DNA from: Candidatus Latescibacterota bacterium
GTDB lineage: Bacteria; Latescibacterota; UBA2968; UBA8231
Length of the DNA: 64,000 bases
Assembly (NCBI GenBank): GCA_965208105.1
Contig: OZ242318.1
Location: 3,392,001-3,456,000, forward strand
Direction of reading: 5' to 3'
This document shows positions 42,922-52,634 of the stretch, piece by piece. The notes beneath the pieces were generated by a model, which was not told the DNA's origin, searched no databases, and was given only the letters and a program-made list of their open reading frames with translations. The stretch's first letter is position 1; every line of letters begins with the position of its first letter. The position numbers and the translations under genes were made by a program.

Positions 42922-44438
42922 CGCAGATTCGATCTGCCGGGATTGCCCGTTTCTTCCATCCCCAACATCTGAGACAAATCAGCCATGGTCACCAGGCGCA
43001 ACTTCTGAAGGTGGAGCTGGTAGCTGACGAGGGCGTCCAGGGTACTCACCCGGGAACCGGTCAGGTTGGCCTGGGCGGTGAGCAGGTCCTGGCTTTGGAT
43101 CAGCCCTAGCTCGAACCGGCTCTGTTCCACCTGATAGGCGCGTTCCGCCACCGTGAGGGCAGCCTGCGTGAGGTCGATCTGGCGCTCGGCTTCCTTCAGG
43201 TTGAGCACGGCTTCTCTTATCTCCCGGATGACATTCTGGCGCACCTGGTCGCGCGCGAGCTGGCTTTGCCGGACTGCGACCCTGGCCTGGTGCAGCTTTC
43301 CCCGGAGCAGGCCGTTGTCGATCAGGGGCAGGTTCACCTCGATGCCCACGCTCCACAGATTGCGCTCGAGATCGGTGCTGATGGCCCCGATCTCCGGTCC
43401 GCGGCCGCTCATGCTCAGGTTGCCGACGAGCCTCGCCGTGGCACCGTTGAGCCGCTCGGCGCCGTGCAGGCCGAGTTTGCTGATTTCCGCCATGATCGCG
43501 GCCTGCTTCAGGTCGGTGCGCTGTTTGAGTCCGATCTCGAGGGCCCTTGCCTGGCTGATGGGGTATTTGCGGGAATCGACCTCGGTGACGACCTCCAACG
43601 GCTGGTGAAATTCCATCCCCAGGATTTGGCGCAGAACGTCGCGGCTGAGCTCTATCGCGGTCTGAGCCTGGGCAAGGCTCGCTTCGGCCTGGAGAGCGGC
43701 TACCTCCAGGCGAAGGGGCTGGACCTCGGCGACCAGGCCGATCTCGAATTTGCGGCGGGCAAGTTCCAGGGATGAGCGCGATTGATTGAGCTGCAGTTCC
43801 TCGATCTCGAGTTTTCGAATATTGCGGACCAGGTCATAGTAGGCCGCGGCGACCTGGTGTTCGAGAAGCATCTCGAGGCCCGCGAAATCGATCTCGGCCT
43901 GGTCGAGGTCGAGTCTTGCCCGCTCCAGGGCGATTTCTTCCTGGGGCCGAGTGAAGATCTCATGGATGAATCCGAAGTTCGCGGCGCCGAAGTACTCCAG
44001 AAAATCGGTGCGTACATTGGAGCTGAAGTCCTGGCGGAAGGCGCTGGAAGTGAAGGTGAGAAGTCCTATATGGGGCACGCGTTGAGAAACCCTGAGGTTG
44101 CCGGCGTAGGTGAAGTTGGTGGTTTCCTCCCTGAAACGGGTAAGCAGGGCAACACTTTCCTGGGTGTCGCGGGACTCGTTGAAGCTGGGCAGGCGGAAAT
44201 CGGCATCGGCCCGGATTTCAAAGGGAGCGAGGGCTTGCTGCAAGCGGGCCTGGGCGTCCCTCAGCTTCAGATGCGAATGGAGGTGCTGCAGGTTGTGCCT
44301 GAGGGCGAGATCGATGCACTCCTCCAGGGAGAGTGGCTCCTGGGCCGGGGAGGCAGGCACGCCGCACAGCAACAGCGACAGGCAGATGGCCCGGATGTTC
44401 AATCTCTTCGCACGCGCAACAAGCCGTATCTCGGCCAT
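42918..44438 (-). CDS. TolC family outer-membrane protein
   Basis: Signal peptide, LSLEECIDLAL, VNLPL, RFELG; no RND partners adjacent. Confidence 0.85.
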   Translation of the reverse strand: MAEIRLVARAKRLNIRAICLSLLLCGVPASPAQEPLSLEECIDLALRHNLQHLHSHLKLRDAQARLQQALAPFEIRADADFRLPSFNESRDTQESVALLTRFREETTNFTYAGNLRVSQRVPHIGLLTFTSSAFRQDFSSNVRTDFLEYFGAANFGFIHEIFTRPQEEIALERARLDLDQAEIDFAGLEMLLEHQVAAAYYDLVRNIRKLEIEELQLNQSRSSLELARRKFEIGLVAEVQPLRLEVAALQAEASLAQAQTAIELSRDVLRQILGMEFHQPLEVVTEVDSRKYPISQARALEIGLKQRTDLKQAAIMAEISKLGLHGAERLNGATARLVGNLSMSGRGPEIGAISTDLERNLWSVGIEVNLPLIDNGLLRGKLHQARVAVRQSQLARDQVRQNVIREIREAVLNLKEAERQIDLTQAALTVAERAYQVEQSRFELGLIQSQDLLTAQANLTGSRVSTLDALVSYQLHLQKLRLVTMADLSQMLGMEETGNPGRSNLR

Positions 44439-44595
44439 GGGTTGAAGTCCCGCGGGTTGAAATCGCGAATTTTACTTATTCTTGATCAGAATCTGATTTT
44501 AAGCGAGGAGGTGAACAATATCAAGTCGCGGCAACGGGAACGGGAAGCAGGGGCCCAAAGGGATGGCAGGCACATTATCACAGCGGAGCGATCCA

Positions 44596-45903
44596 ATGCA
44601 CGGTAGTCTTATCGAAAAAATCGAAGCGCGGGACGCCCAGGTGGCCATCATCGGGCTGGGGTACGTAGGCCTTCCGCTCGCCATCGAATTTGCGGGCTCA
44701 GGCCTGAAGACGGTGGGCATCGACGTGGATGGAGAAAGAGTAAACCAGGTGAATGGCGGCCGTTCCTACGTGATGGATGTGGGGGATGACGAACTGGGGC
44801 AGGTAGTGGACAGCGGGCACCTCAGGGCGACCACGGACTACAGTGCCCTGCAGACCGCGGACTGTGTCTGCATCTGCGTTCCCACTCCCCTGGGCAAGAC
44901 CAGGAACCCGGATATCTCCTGTATTGTCGCGGCCTGCGACGAGATCGTGCGCTACTTTCATCCGGGGATGCTCGTGGTCCTGGAGAGTACCACCTACCCG
45001 GGCACTACCGAAGAGCTGATCCTGCCGCGCCTGCACGCCAGGGACGGCAGGGTCGGAGAGGATTTTTTCGTTGCGTTTTCCGCTGAGCGCGTGGACCCCG
45101 GCAACAGGAGGTGGAAGACCCGGAACACTCCCAAGGTGGTGGGCGGCATGACTGCGCGCTGTGCGCAGGTTGCCGTGGCTCTTTACGGAAATGCCGTGGA
45201 TACCCTGGTGCCGGTATCGTCGCCCTCGGCAGCGGAGATGGTGAAGCTCCTGGAGAACACCTTCCGCGCGGTGAATATCGGCCTGATCAACGAAATCGCC
45301 CTGATCTGCGACCGCCTTCACCTGAACGTCTGGGAGATCATCGAGGCGGCGGCGACCAAGCCCTTCGGGTTCATGAAATTCATCCCCGGACCCGGTCTGG
45401 GGGGGCACTGCATTCCAATTGACCCTCTCTATCTTTCCTGGAAGATGCGCGGGATGGACTACGAGGCCCGTTTCATCGACCTGGCTGACAAGGTCAACTC
45501 CGAGATGCCCCACCACGTGGTCCACAAGGTCATGGATGCGCTCAACGAAGAGAGCAAGGCGGTCAGGGGCGTCAGGATTCTCATATTGGGAGTGGCGTAC
45601 AAGGCCAATATCGACGACGTGAGGGAGAGTCCGGCGATCCACATAATCGAATTGTTGCGCCAGAAGGGTGCGGATGTAGTTTATAACGATCCGCACGTTT
45701 CCACTTTGCACCTGGAATCGGGGGAGGCAATGAGTTCGGTGGAGTTGTGCGAGCAGGGATTGGCCCAGGCCGATTGCGTGGTCCTGGTGACCGATCACGC
45801 CGAATACGATGGATCCTGGATCGTGCGGAACGCCCGTCTGGTGGTTGACACCCGCAACGCCTTGGCCGGGCACACGGGGAGGGCCAGGGTGGTGGGCATC
45901 TAG
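44596..45903 (+). CDS. Nucleotide-sugar (UDP-GlcNAc-type) 6-dehydrogenase
   Basis: GLGYVGLP, CVPTP, ESTTYPG, KLLENTFR, GLGGHCIP, DVRESP. Confidence 0.93.
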   Translation: MHGSLIEKIEARDAQVAIIGLGYVGLPLAIEFAGSGLKTVGIDVDGERVNQVNGGRSYVMDVGDDELGQVVDSGHLRATTDYSALQTADCVCICVPTPLGKTRNPDISCIVAACDEIVRYFHPGMLVVLESTTYPGTTEELILPRLHARDGRVGEDFFVAFSAERVDPGNRRWKTRNTPKVVGGMTARCAQVAVALYGNAVDTLVPVSSPSAAEMVKLLENTFRAVNIGLINEIALICDRLHLNVWEIIEAAATKPFGFMKFIPGPGLGGHCIPIDPLYLSWKMRGMDYEARFIDLADKVNSEMPHHVVHKVMDALNEESKAVRGVRILILGVAYKANIDDVRESPAIHIIELLRQKGADVVYNDPHVSTLHLESGEAMSSVELCEQGLAQADCVVLVTDHAEYDGSWIVRNARLVVDTRNALAGHTGRARVVGI

Positions 45904-46067
45904 TATTGCGTCCGAGAAATATGCCGCCATTTTTCCGCCGATCCATCCCGGCTCAGGGCGTTGCCTTCACTCGCCGTACACCACTGGTACGACTCGCTCA
46001 GGCGCCTTGCGAGCCTGGCGCCCCGGCGGCCCAATTGCGTCAACCTGTCTCTGCGACGGGACACTGG
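45900..46067. mobile_element. MITE family A copy 4 (left IR degenerate)
   Basis: 168 bp from CTAG to CTGG, near-identical internally to copies 1 and 3. Confidence 0.8.
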
Positions 46068-46176
46068 GGCATCCTGGAGCCGATCAAGGTAGCCTTGCGT
46101 TCGAGGGTATCTGCCGGGCGGCCCCTTGCCGGCAGTCCCCTGAAAAAAAGGCCGAATGGAAGAACGTAGGAGCGCG

Positions 46177-47193
46177 GTGAATTCGGATCCGCTCACCATA
46201 GCCTGTGTTGGCGCCGGTTACTGGGGGAAGAACCTGGTCCGCGTCTTCAACGACCTGCCCCGGGTGCATCTGAAAATGGTCTGCGACCTGGACGAGGAAG
46301 CGCTCAACGCCGTCCGCAGGCAGTACCGCAGCGTGGAGGTCGCCTCGGACTACGGACGGGCGCTGCGCGACGAAGAAGTGGAGGCCATAGTGCTGGCAGT
46401 ACCGGCCGCCGGCCACTTCCAGGCCGGCAAGGATGCCCTCGAGGCCGGCAAGCACCTCTACGTGGAAAAACCCCTCGCATTGAGGGCGGCGGAGGCGGCG
46501 GAACTTGTGGAGCTGGCATCGAGGCGAGACCGGGTGCTGATGGTGGGGCATCTGCTGGTGTACCATCCGGCCGTGGAGATGCTGAAAGGGATGATAGATC
46601 ACGGGAAGTTGGGGGATATCTACTATTTGTACTCTCAACGGGTGAACCTGGGGATAGTGCGCAAGGACGAGAATGCTCTCTGGAGTCTTGCGCCGCACGA
46701 CGTCGCGGTGATGCTCCACTTGCTGGAACAGGAGCCGGATTCGGTGAGTGCGCGGGGAGAATGCTATCTGCAGCAGGGCATCGAGGACGTGGTCTTCGTC
46801 AATCTGCACTTCGGGAACGGGAAGATGGCGCAGATGCAACTGTCCTGGCTGGACCCCCACAAGATTCGCAAGCTGACCATCGTGGGCAGCAGGAAGATGG
46901 CCGTGTTCGACGACATGGAGAGCGCCGAGAAGGTGCGGATCTACGACAAGGCGGCCGAGCAGGGCAGCTACGAGACCTACGGCGAATCGATCACCCTTCG
47001 GTTTGGAGACGTGGTGATACCACACGTGAACATGGCGGAACCGTTGAAGCTCGAGTGCCGGCATTTCGTGGAGTGTGTCCGCGAGGGAAGGAGGCCGCGC
47101 AGCGACGGGCGGGACGGATTGCGGGTGGTGCGGGTCCTGGAGGCGGCGCAGCGCTCATTGCGGCAGAATGGGGCGCCGGTCGGCGTGGAGTAA
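46177..47193 (+). CDS. Gfo/Idh/MocA oxidoreductase (nucleotide-sugar-cluster type)
   Basis: VGAGYWGKN, EKPL, WSLAPHD, SWLDPHK; GTG start after AGGAG. Confidence 0.9.
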   Translation: MNSDPLTIACVGAGYWGKNLVRVFNDLPRVHLKMVCDLDEEALNAVRRQYRSVEVASDYGRALRDEEVEAIVLAVPAAGHFQAGKDALEAGKHLYVEKPLALRAAEAAELVELASRRDRVLMVGHLLVYHPAVEMLKGMIDHGKLGDIYYLYSQRVNLGIVRKDENALWSLAPHDVAVMLHLLEQEPDSVSARGECYLQQGIEDVVFVNLHFGNGKMAQMQLSWLDPHKIRKLTIVGSRKMAVFDDMESAEKVRIYDKAAEQGSYETYGESITLRFGDVVIPHVNMAEPLKLECRHFVECVREGRRPRSDGRDGLRVVRVLEAAQRSLRQNGAPVGVE

Positions 47194-47251
47194 AATGAAA
47201 CCTTAATGCCGCGGTAGGCCAAACCGCGGGCGAAAGGATAGTGCAGCGTCG

Positions 47252-48232
47252 ATGGCAACATATCTGGTCACGGGTTGCGCGGGATTCATCGGCTTCCGGG
47301 TCACCGAACTCTTGTTGCAGGAGGGCCACCAGGTGGTGGGTGTGGACAACCTCAATCACTCCTACGATTGCCGCCTGAAGCAATGGCGCCGCAGTCAGAT
47401 CGATGGACGCGACGGATTTTCCTTCCACCAGCTCGATATCACCGACCGCGGCAGCCTTTCCCGCATGTGGGAAGAAAAGGGCTCCCGCCCCTTCGACGCG
47501 GTGATCAACCTCGCCGGCCGCGCGGGTGTCCGGGACAGCGTGGAGAATCCCTGGGAATACCTCGAGACCAACGCCACCGGAGCCTTGAACCTGTTGGATT
47601 TGTGCCGCCGCCACGGGGTGGGAAAGTTCGTCCAGGCCTCTTCCTCCAATGTCTACGGGCAGGGTTCCCTGCCCTCCAGGGAGGATGCGGTCACGGACGG
47701 CTGCATCTCGCCTTACGCGGTTTCCAAGAAAGCCGCCGAGCTGCTGTGCCGCAGCTACCACAGCCTCTACGGCATCGACGTGACCGCATTGCGGTTTTTC
47801 ACCGTGTACGGCCCGGCCGGCCGGCCCGACATGATGCTGTTCCGTTGCGTGCAGAGGATCAGCGAGGACCGCCCGGTCCTGGTTTACGGCGACGGCAGCC
47901 AGTCCCGCGATTTCACCTACGTGGACGATGTTGCCCGCGGAGTGATTGGGGCGCTGAAGCCGCTGGGCTGCCAGATCGTGAATCTGGGTTCGGACAAGCC
48001 GGTGGTGCTGAACGAGGCCATCCGCATGATCGAGGAGCTGGTGGGGAAGAAGGCGCGGCGCGAGTCACGTCCCCCCCACCCGGCCGACGTCGAGGACTCC
48101 TGGGCGGATATCGGCAAGGCCAGGATGCTGCTGGGCTGGGAGCCCGGGTTGAGTCTTCACCAGGGCCTTGCCCGCATGGTGGAGTGGTACCGGCAGAACC
48201 GCTCCTGGGCCCGGGAAGTTATCACGGCCTAA
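47252..48232 (+). CDS. NAD-dependent epimerase (UDP-glucuronate 4-epimerase-like)
   Basis: TGCAGFIG, AGVRDS, YAVSK, RFFTVYGPAGRPDM, RDFTYVDD. Confidence 0.92.
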   Translation: MATYLVTGCAGFIGFRVTELLLQEGHQVVGVDNLNHSYDCRLKQWRRSQIDGRDGFSFHQLDITDRGSLSRMWEEKGSRPFDAVINLAGRAGVRDSVENPWEYLETNATGALNLLDLCRRHGVGKFVQASSSNVYGQGSLPSREDAVTDGCISPYAVSKKAAELLCRSYHSLYGIDVTALRFFTVYGPAGRPDMMLFRCVQRISEDRPVLVYGDGSQSRDFTYVDDVARGVIGALKPLGCQIVNLGSDKPVVLNEAIRMIEELVGKKARRESRPPHPADVEDSWADIGKARMLLGWEPGLSLHQGLARMVEWYRQNRSWAREVITA

Positions 48233-49235
48233 CCGTCGGACCTGCCGGGTCCGGCGTTCCTCTCCCCTCCACCGTCCGGTTTTCCACCTTTGGATAGAGA
48301 ATCGAGTAGTCCAGTCCCGGGTGACGTTCGCCGTAGCGCGACGGGATGTCCTGGGTCCAGTCGCTGGGTATGACGGGGCACAGGAAGAGGATGAGGAGAA
48401 GCAGGGCGCGCCGGGGCCGGAGCCTCGGGGCCGGGCTGCCGGGCGAGGCGCCGCAGGTGGCCACCCGGGCGCTGGGTTCGGCTCCCCGGCGGTAAAACCA
48501 GAACAGCATCCCCAGACCGGCCGCGGCCATGGCCAGGTTGATGATCTGGCCTACCCCCAGGCCCCAGGACTCCACCCGGTATTCCCTGAACACATCGACG
48601 ATCAGTCTCAGGAACGCGTACCAGAAGAGGAAGTGGGCGAAGACCACTCCCCGGGGCGGTTTTCGGCTGCGAATGAGTAGCAGGAAGGGGATGAGAAGCA
48701 GGTTCTTCAGGCCGTCGTAGAGGACGACGGGATGGCGGAATCCTTCGAGGTCGGGAAACTGCACCGCCCACCAGGCATCGGTCGGGCTGCCGGCAATCTG
48801 GCCGTCGATGAAGTTTCCGATGCGGCCGGTGGCCATCACCCACGCCCCCGGAATCACCAGCTCGTCGACGATGGAGAGAAACCCCTTCTGCCGTCGCCAG
48901 CAGAAGAACAGGGTGCCGAGTGTGCCTCCCAAAAGGAGGCCGTGGGTCGACATGCCGCCCAGCCAGACCGCGGGTATGTGGACGAGGTGCGCTCCGTAGT
49001 ATTCCCATTCGTAGAAGAACACCTCAACCAGCCTGCCCCCCAGCAGCACGCCCACCGAAAGGGCAAGGCTGACGTCGTAGACCTCCACCAGTGACAGGCC
49101 GAGCCGGTCGCGCATGCGGCGAAACCAGAAATGGATGCCGGATAATCCCAGGGTAAAGCTCAACCCGTACCACCAGAGGTAGACCCCCCCGATATCGCAG
49201 ATGACGGGATCGATGCGGTGAATGAATGGTCCCAA
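48222..49235 (-). CDS. lgt: Prolipoprotein diacylglyceryl transferase family protein
   Basis: WYGL, GGRL, GGMSTHG, GRIGNFIDG, RHPVVLY, FRE; divergent paralog possible. Confidence 0.8.
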   Translation of the reverse strand: MGPFIHRIDPVICDIGGVYLWWYGLSFTLGLSGIHFWFRRMRDRLGLSLVEVYDVSLALSVGVLLGGRLVEVFFYEWEYYGAHLVHIPAVWLGGMSTHGLLLGGTLGTLFFCWRRQKGFLSIVDELVIPGAWVMATGRIGNFIDGQIAGSPTDAWWAVQFPDLEGFRHPVVLYDGLKNLLLIPFLLLIRSRKPPRGVVFAHFLFWYAFLRLIVDVFREYRVESWGLGVGQIINLAMAAAGLGMLFWFYRRGAEPSARVATCGASPGSPAPRLRPRRALLLLILFLCPVIPSDWTQDIPSRYGERHPGLDYSILYPKVENRTVEGRGTPDPAGPTVRP

Positions 49236-49251
49236 GTTGCTGCTCGTCCAG

Positions 49252-49353
49252 TTAGTTGGCCTGACCGCCCGGGCCGTACACGGCGGAAACCCTCAACCCG
49301 GTCACGCCGATTCCGTAGAGGTTGTGGCAGCTGCGGCACAGCAGATCGGCTGC
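49252..49353 (-). pseudogene. Inverted, degenerate fragment of the neighbouring epimerase gene
   Basis: 82/99 nt identical (hand count) to 47732-47830; translates AADLLCRSCHNLYGIGVTGLRVSAVYGPGGQAN*. Confidence 0.8.
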
Positions 49354-49585
49354 CCGCGGGGATCTTCCGTTCCGACCTGTTGCGATTCACAGTCTATGGA
49401 CCCGGAACCGTCCTGGCAACGAACATCGGGGGACCCGCGCTTGCAGACCTTGGCGGCCATTCCCGGGGCTTGTTCCGGCTTGCGGGGGCAGATTGCAAAG
49501 CGTTATAATCTAATTCTCTGCCATCTCAAGCTGAATTGGGCAGGGGCAAATCTTCATCGACCGAAGCCGGGGGAAGGATCATCGA

Positions 49586-50641
49586 ATGATAAGCGCAGGC
49601 ATCTACGGCGCTTCAGGATACATGGGCGGGGAGGCTCTGCGAATCCTGTCCGAGCATCCGGAGGTCGAGGTGGTCTGGGCGACGAGCAGGAGCGGAAAAG
49701 AGGCGGAGTACTTCCACCGCAACCTGTACCGGTCCGGAATCAACCTGATCAAGCCTGAGCATGCCACCCCTTGCGATGCGGTATTCGTCGCTCTGCCCAC
49801 TGGAAACGCCATGAGCCTGGCTCAGGAAGTCCTGGATGGCGGTGGCAAACTGATAGACCTAGGATCGGACTTCCGCCTGAGAGACCGGGAAGCATGGGAG
49901 AGAGTCTACGGCAAGCCTCACCTGAATTGGGACCTGGCCGAGGAAGCGGTGTACGGAATTCCCGAGCTCCACAGGGAGGAAATCAGGTCGGCCAGAATCG
50001 TGGCGAATCCCGGCTGTTTCTCCTCGGCCGTGATCCTGGGCCTGGCACCACTTCTCGAGGCCGGGTGGATAGAGCCGGACTGCATAGCGGTGGACGGATT
50101 GTCGGGGACGGCCGGGGCGGGCGCCGAGCTGGATATCTCCATGCACCATCCCGAGATCGGCAACAACCTCGTGCCCTACAACGTGGTCGACCATCGCCAC
50201 ACCTACGAGATGGAACAGGAGCTGGGGCTCCTGTCGAGCGCCCGGGTGAGGATTCACTTCACTCCCATCTACGCGCCCATCACCAGGGGAATTCTGGCCA
50301 TCTGCCACTGCTTTCCGACGCGGGAGGCCGGGCGCCCGGAATTGCTGGAACTCTTTTCGGCGTTCTACGCGGATCAGCCATTCATCCAGGTCTTCGACAT
50401 GCCCGCGGATACTGATGCGGCCTGGCAGTTCCGTCCGTACCCCTGGGTCTCGTCCGTATCCGGGTCGAACTACTGTCAAATCGGGTTCGATGTGGACCGC
50501 CAGCGCAACCGCATCGTCCTTTTCAGCGTCCTCGACAGCGTCGGAAAGGGCGGTGCCCATGCCGGAGTCCAGAATCTGAACCTCATGTTCGGTCTCGATG
50601 AACGCCTCGGTCTGGAAAGGCGAGGCATGCACCCATACTGA
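49586..50641 (+). CDS. argC: N-acetyl-gamma-glutamyl-phosphate reductase (ArgC/LysY family)
   Basis: GASGYMGGE, DLGSDFRL, YGIPE, ANPGC, HRHTYE, QNLNLMFG. Confidence 0.85.
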   Translation: MISAGIYGASGYMGGEALRILSEHPEVEVVWATSRSGKEAEYFHRNLYRSGINLIKPEHATPCDAVFVALPTGNAMSLAQEVLDGGGKLIDLGSDFRLRDREAWERVYGKPHLNWDLAEEAVYGIPELHREEIRSARIVANPGCFSSAVILGLAPLLEAGWIEPDCIAVDGLSGTAGAGAELDISMHHPEIGNNLVPYNVVDHRHTYEMEQELGLLSSARVRIHFTPIYAPITRGILAICHCFPTREAGRPELLELFSAFYADQPFIQVFDMPADTDAAWQFRPYPWVSSVSGSNYCQIGFDVDRQRNRIVLFSVLDSVGKGGAHAGVQNLNLMFGLDERLGLERRGMHPY

Positions 50642-50724
50642 TTCGAAGGTCTGATCAGGGCCCCCTGGGCCGCGAAAATTCACGAGGGTGACAGGCCCAG
50701 GCCAATTCACAGCGCACGCGGAGC

Positions 50725-51600
50725 ATGACCAGCTTTCAGTACAAAAGGAGTATGAGGATCGCCACCGTCCTCTTCTTCATTTTCATGCCGGATCAGCGGG
50801 CATACGCAGAGGAGAGCCGCCGGGGCTACAACGTGGTGGACCGGCCCAGGCTGCTTCAGGCGATGCGGCGGTGCAGCGGCTATGACGTTACCGCGACCAC
50901 CAATGGGGCGCGGCTCCAGGTGGATGTGTTGCTCCACCTCGTGCGCCAGGAGATGGAGCGCGATCCACACCGACTCCCGCTGTTCATCGACCACGGGGAA
51001 TGGTTCCGGTCGTTTCTGGAGGTGACGGGGCTGACGGAGGAGACAGCGCCATTGTACGCCCTGGTGACCTACCGCTACGGGCAGAATCTGGAAGTGGACT
51101 ACCGGATGGAACAGGTCGTCAGGGAGGTGGTTAAAGGTCCGCAGCCGCAACTGGCGATGAATCTGAGGCTCAGTTGGGAGGACCGGCCGGGAGGACCTGA
51201 CCGGTATTCCTACCTGGATACGCTCTCGTCGCCGCATTTCAGGGTAACCCACAAGCGGGTGGTTACCTACCGCCTTCTGGATTTTGGCGATTGGGCCCTG
51301 TGGGACGAGATCGAAGGGGTTTCCGGGCGTCCGGAGTCGGGGGTCCTGGCCCTCCTGTTCCTGGTCATAGGCGAGAGCCGCATTACCCATTCTCGAATGG
51401 CGATTGCCGCTGACGGTTTTCAGGTGTGGAGGACGAAGGCCAAGAAGGCCTTCATGGAGGTGACGACCACGGTGTCCGTGCATCCGGACGGGAAGATGGT
51501 CAAGGACGTTCCGGACGGCCGGCCGGATCTTCTGGAGCTGGAGAAGATGCTCAAGCAGCCTCTGGAGGTCGACTACGTGGAGCTGCCCGAAACCAGGTGA
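50725..51600 (+). CDS. Hypothetical exported protein
   Basis: Long ORF with natural composition and a hydrophobic N-terminus; no family recognised. Confidence 0.65.
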   Translation: MTSFQYKRSMRIATVLFFIFMPDQRAYAEESRRGYNVVDRPRLLQAMRRCSGYDVTATTNGARLQVDVLLHLVRQEMERDPHRLPLFIDHGEWFRSFLEVTGLTEETAPLYALVTYRYGQNLEVDYRMEQVVREVVKGPQPQLAMNLRLSWEDRPGGPDRYSYLDTLSSPHFRVTHKRVVTYRLLDFGDWALWDEIEGVSGRPESGVLALLFLVIGESRITHSRMAIAADGFQVWRTKAKKAFMEVTTTVSVHPDGKMVKDVPDGRPDLLELEKMLKQPLEVDYVELPETR

Positions 51601-51677
51601 AAGGGCGGTGACCAAATTCAAACAACCATGGTAATTTCACAGGTCCGCTGCTTTCCTGCCGTCCGGATCGGGCAGTA

Positions 51678-52391
51678 GTGAAGCTGCTGCGGAAATGCGG
51701 CGCCGAGTTCATCGGCGCATTCGCCATTGTCTTCGCCGGCTGCGGCGCCGTCGCCATCGACCAGATCTCCGGGGGAACGGTAGGGCATGTGGGCGTGGCC
51801 TCCTCGTTCGGCCTGGTCATCATGGTGATGATCTACGCCACCGGCCACATCTCGGGGGCGCATTTCAACCCGGCGGTAACCATTGCCTTCGCGGTGACGC
51901 GCCATTTCCCGCGGCGCGAGATCGCACCCTATATCCTGGCCCAGTGTGCCGGGGCGGTGACCGCCAGCTTCGTGCACGTGGCCAGTCTGTCGTCCGTACT
52001 GGCGTCTGAACGGCCGGGACAGGTATTGAACCTCGGGGTCACCCAGCCGGCAGACGGCCTGTTCGCCACCGCCCTGGTGTGGGAGTTCATGCTGACCTTC
52101 CTTCTGATGCTGGTGATTACGAGCATGGCCACCGACTTCCGCGCCGTGGGGCCGGCGGCCGGCCTGGCCATCGGCGGCACCGTGGGGCTGGAGGCCATGT
52201 TCGCCGGGCCGTTGTGCGGCGCTTCCATGAATCCTGCCCGCAGTCTGGGGCCGGCCCTCGCCGCCGGCGAATGGACGTCCTTCGGTGCCTACGTCCTCGG
52301 CCCGGTGCTGGGAGCGATTGCCGGCGCCCTGTTCTACGAGTTCATCCGCAGCCAGGAGCCCACAGGCCGGGAAGTGAAGAGCTGCTGCTGA
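51678..52391 (+). CDS. MIP family aquaporin (NIP-like)
   Basis: HISGAHFNPAVT and SMNPARS; C-terminal KSCC. Confidence 0.93.
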   Translation: MKLLRKCGAEFIGAFAIVFAGCGAVAIDQISGGTVGHVGVASSFGLVIMVMIYATGHISGAHFNPAVTIAFAVTRHFPRREIAPYILAQCAGAVTASFVHVASLSSVLASERPGQVLNLGVTQPADGLFATALVWEFMLTFLLMLVITSMATDFRAVGPAAGLAIGGTVGLEAMFAGPLCGASMNPARSLGPALAAGEWTSFGAYVLGPVLGAIAGALFYEFIRSQEPTGREVKSCC

Positions 52392-52485
52392 GGTTTGCGG
52401 GTGCCGCGGGGTTTCTCCGGCGGCAACCCGGCCTCGGGTCCCACTGGCGGCTATCGGCAAATCACCGAAAATCCACAGCATGCCA

Positions 52486-52517
52486 CCGGCCCCCGCGGGA
52501 AGGTCCGCGGGGGCCGG
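52486..52517. terminator. GC-rich 13-bp hairpin between convergent aquaporin and tRNA genes
   Basis: ccggcccccgcgg-gaaggt-ccgcgggggccgg; no clear U-tract. Confidence 0.5.
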
Positions 52518-52556
52518 AGTCTAGCGGCTAACCACCTCGGCAGGCGGCTGCTGTGT

Positions 52557-52634
52557 TGGTGGGCGATGCCGGGCTCGAACCAGCGACCCCCTGCTTGTAA
52601 GGCAGGTGCTCTGACCAGACTGAGCTAATCGCCC
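52557..52634 (-). tRNA. tRNA-Val (TAC)
   Basis: GGGCGATTAGCTCAG...CCTGC-CT-TAC-AA-GCAGG...GGTTCGAG...ATCGCCCACCA; cloverleaf with encoded CCA. Confidence 0.97.

Noticed and set aside
22582-46067. CRISPR array or integron attC sites as an explanation for the 168-bp repeats
   Set aside because: Copies are dispersed without spacers, lack RYYYAAC/GTTRRRY ends, and no cas or integrase gene is present.
47732-49353. DGR template/variable repeat pair
   Set aside because: Mismatches are not adenine-specific, the copies are inverted, and there is no reverse transcriptase.
52557-52634. tRNA-Val as an island attachment site
   Set aside because: I noticed no duplicated tRNA 3' end and no integrase in the window.
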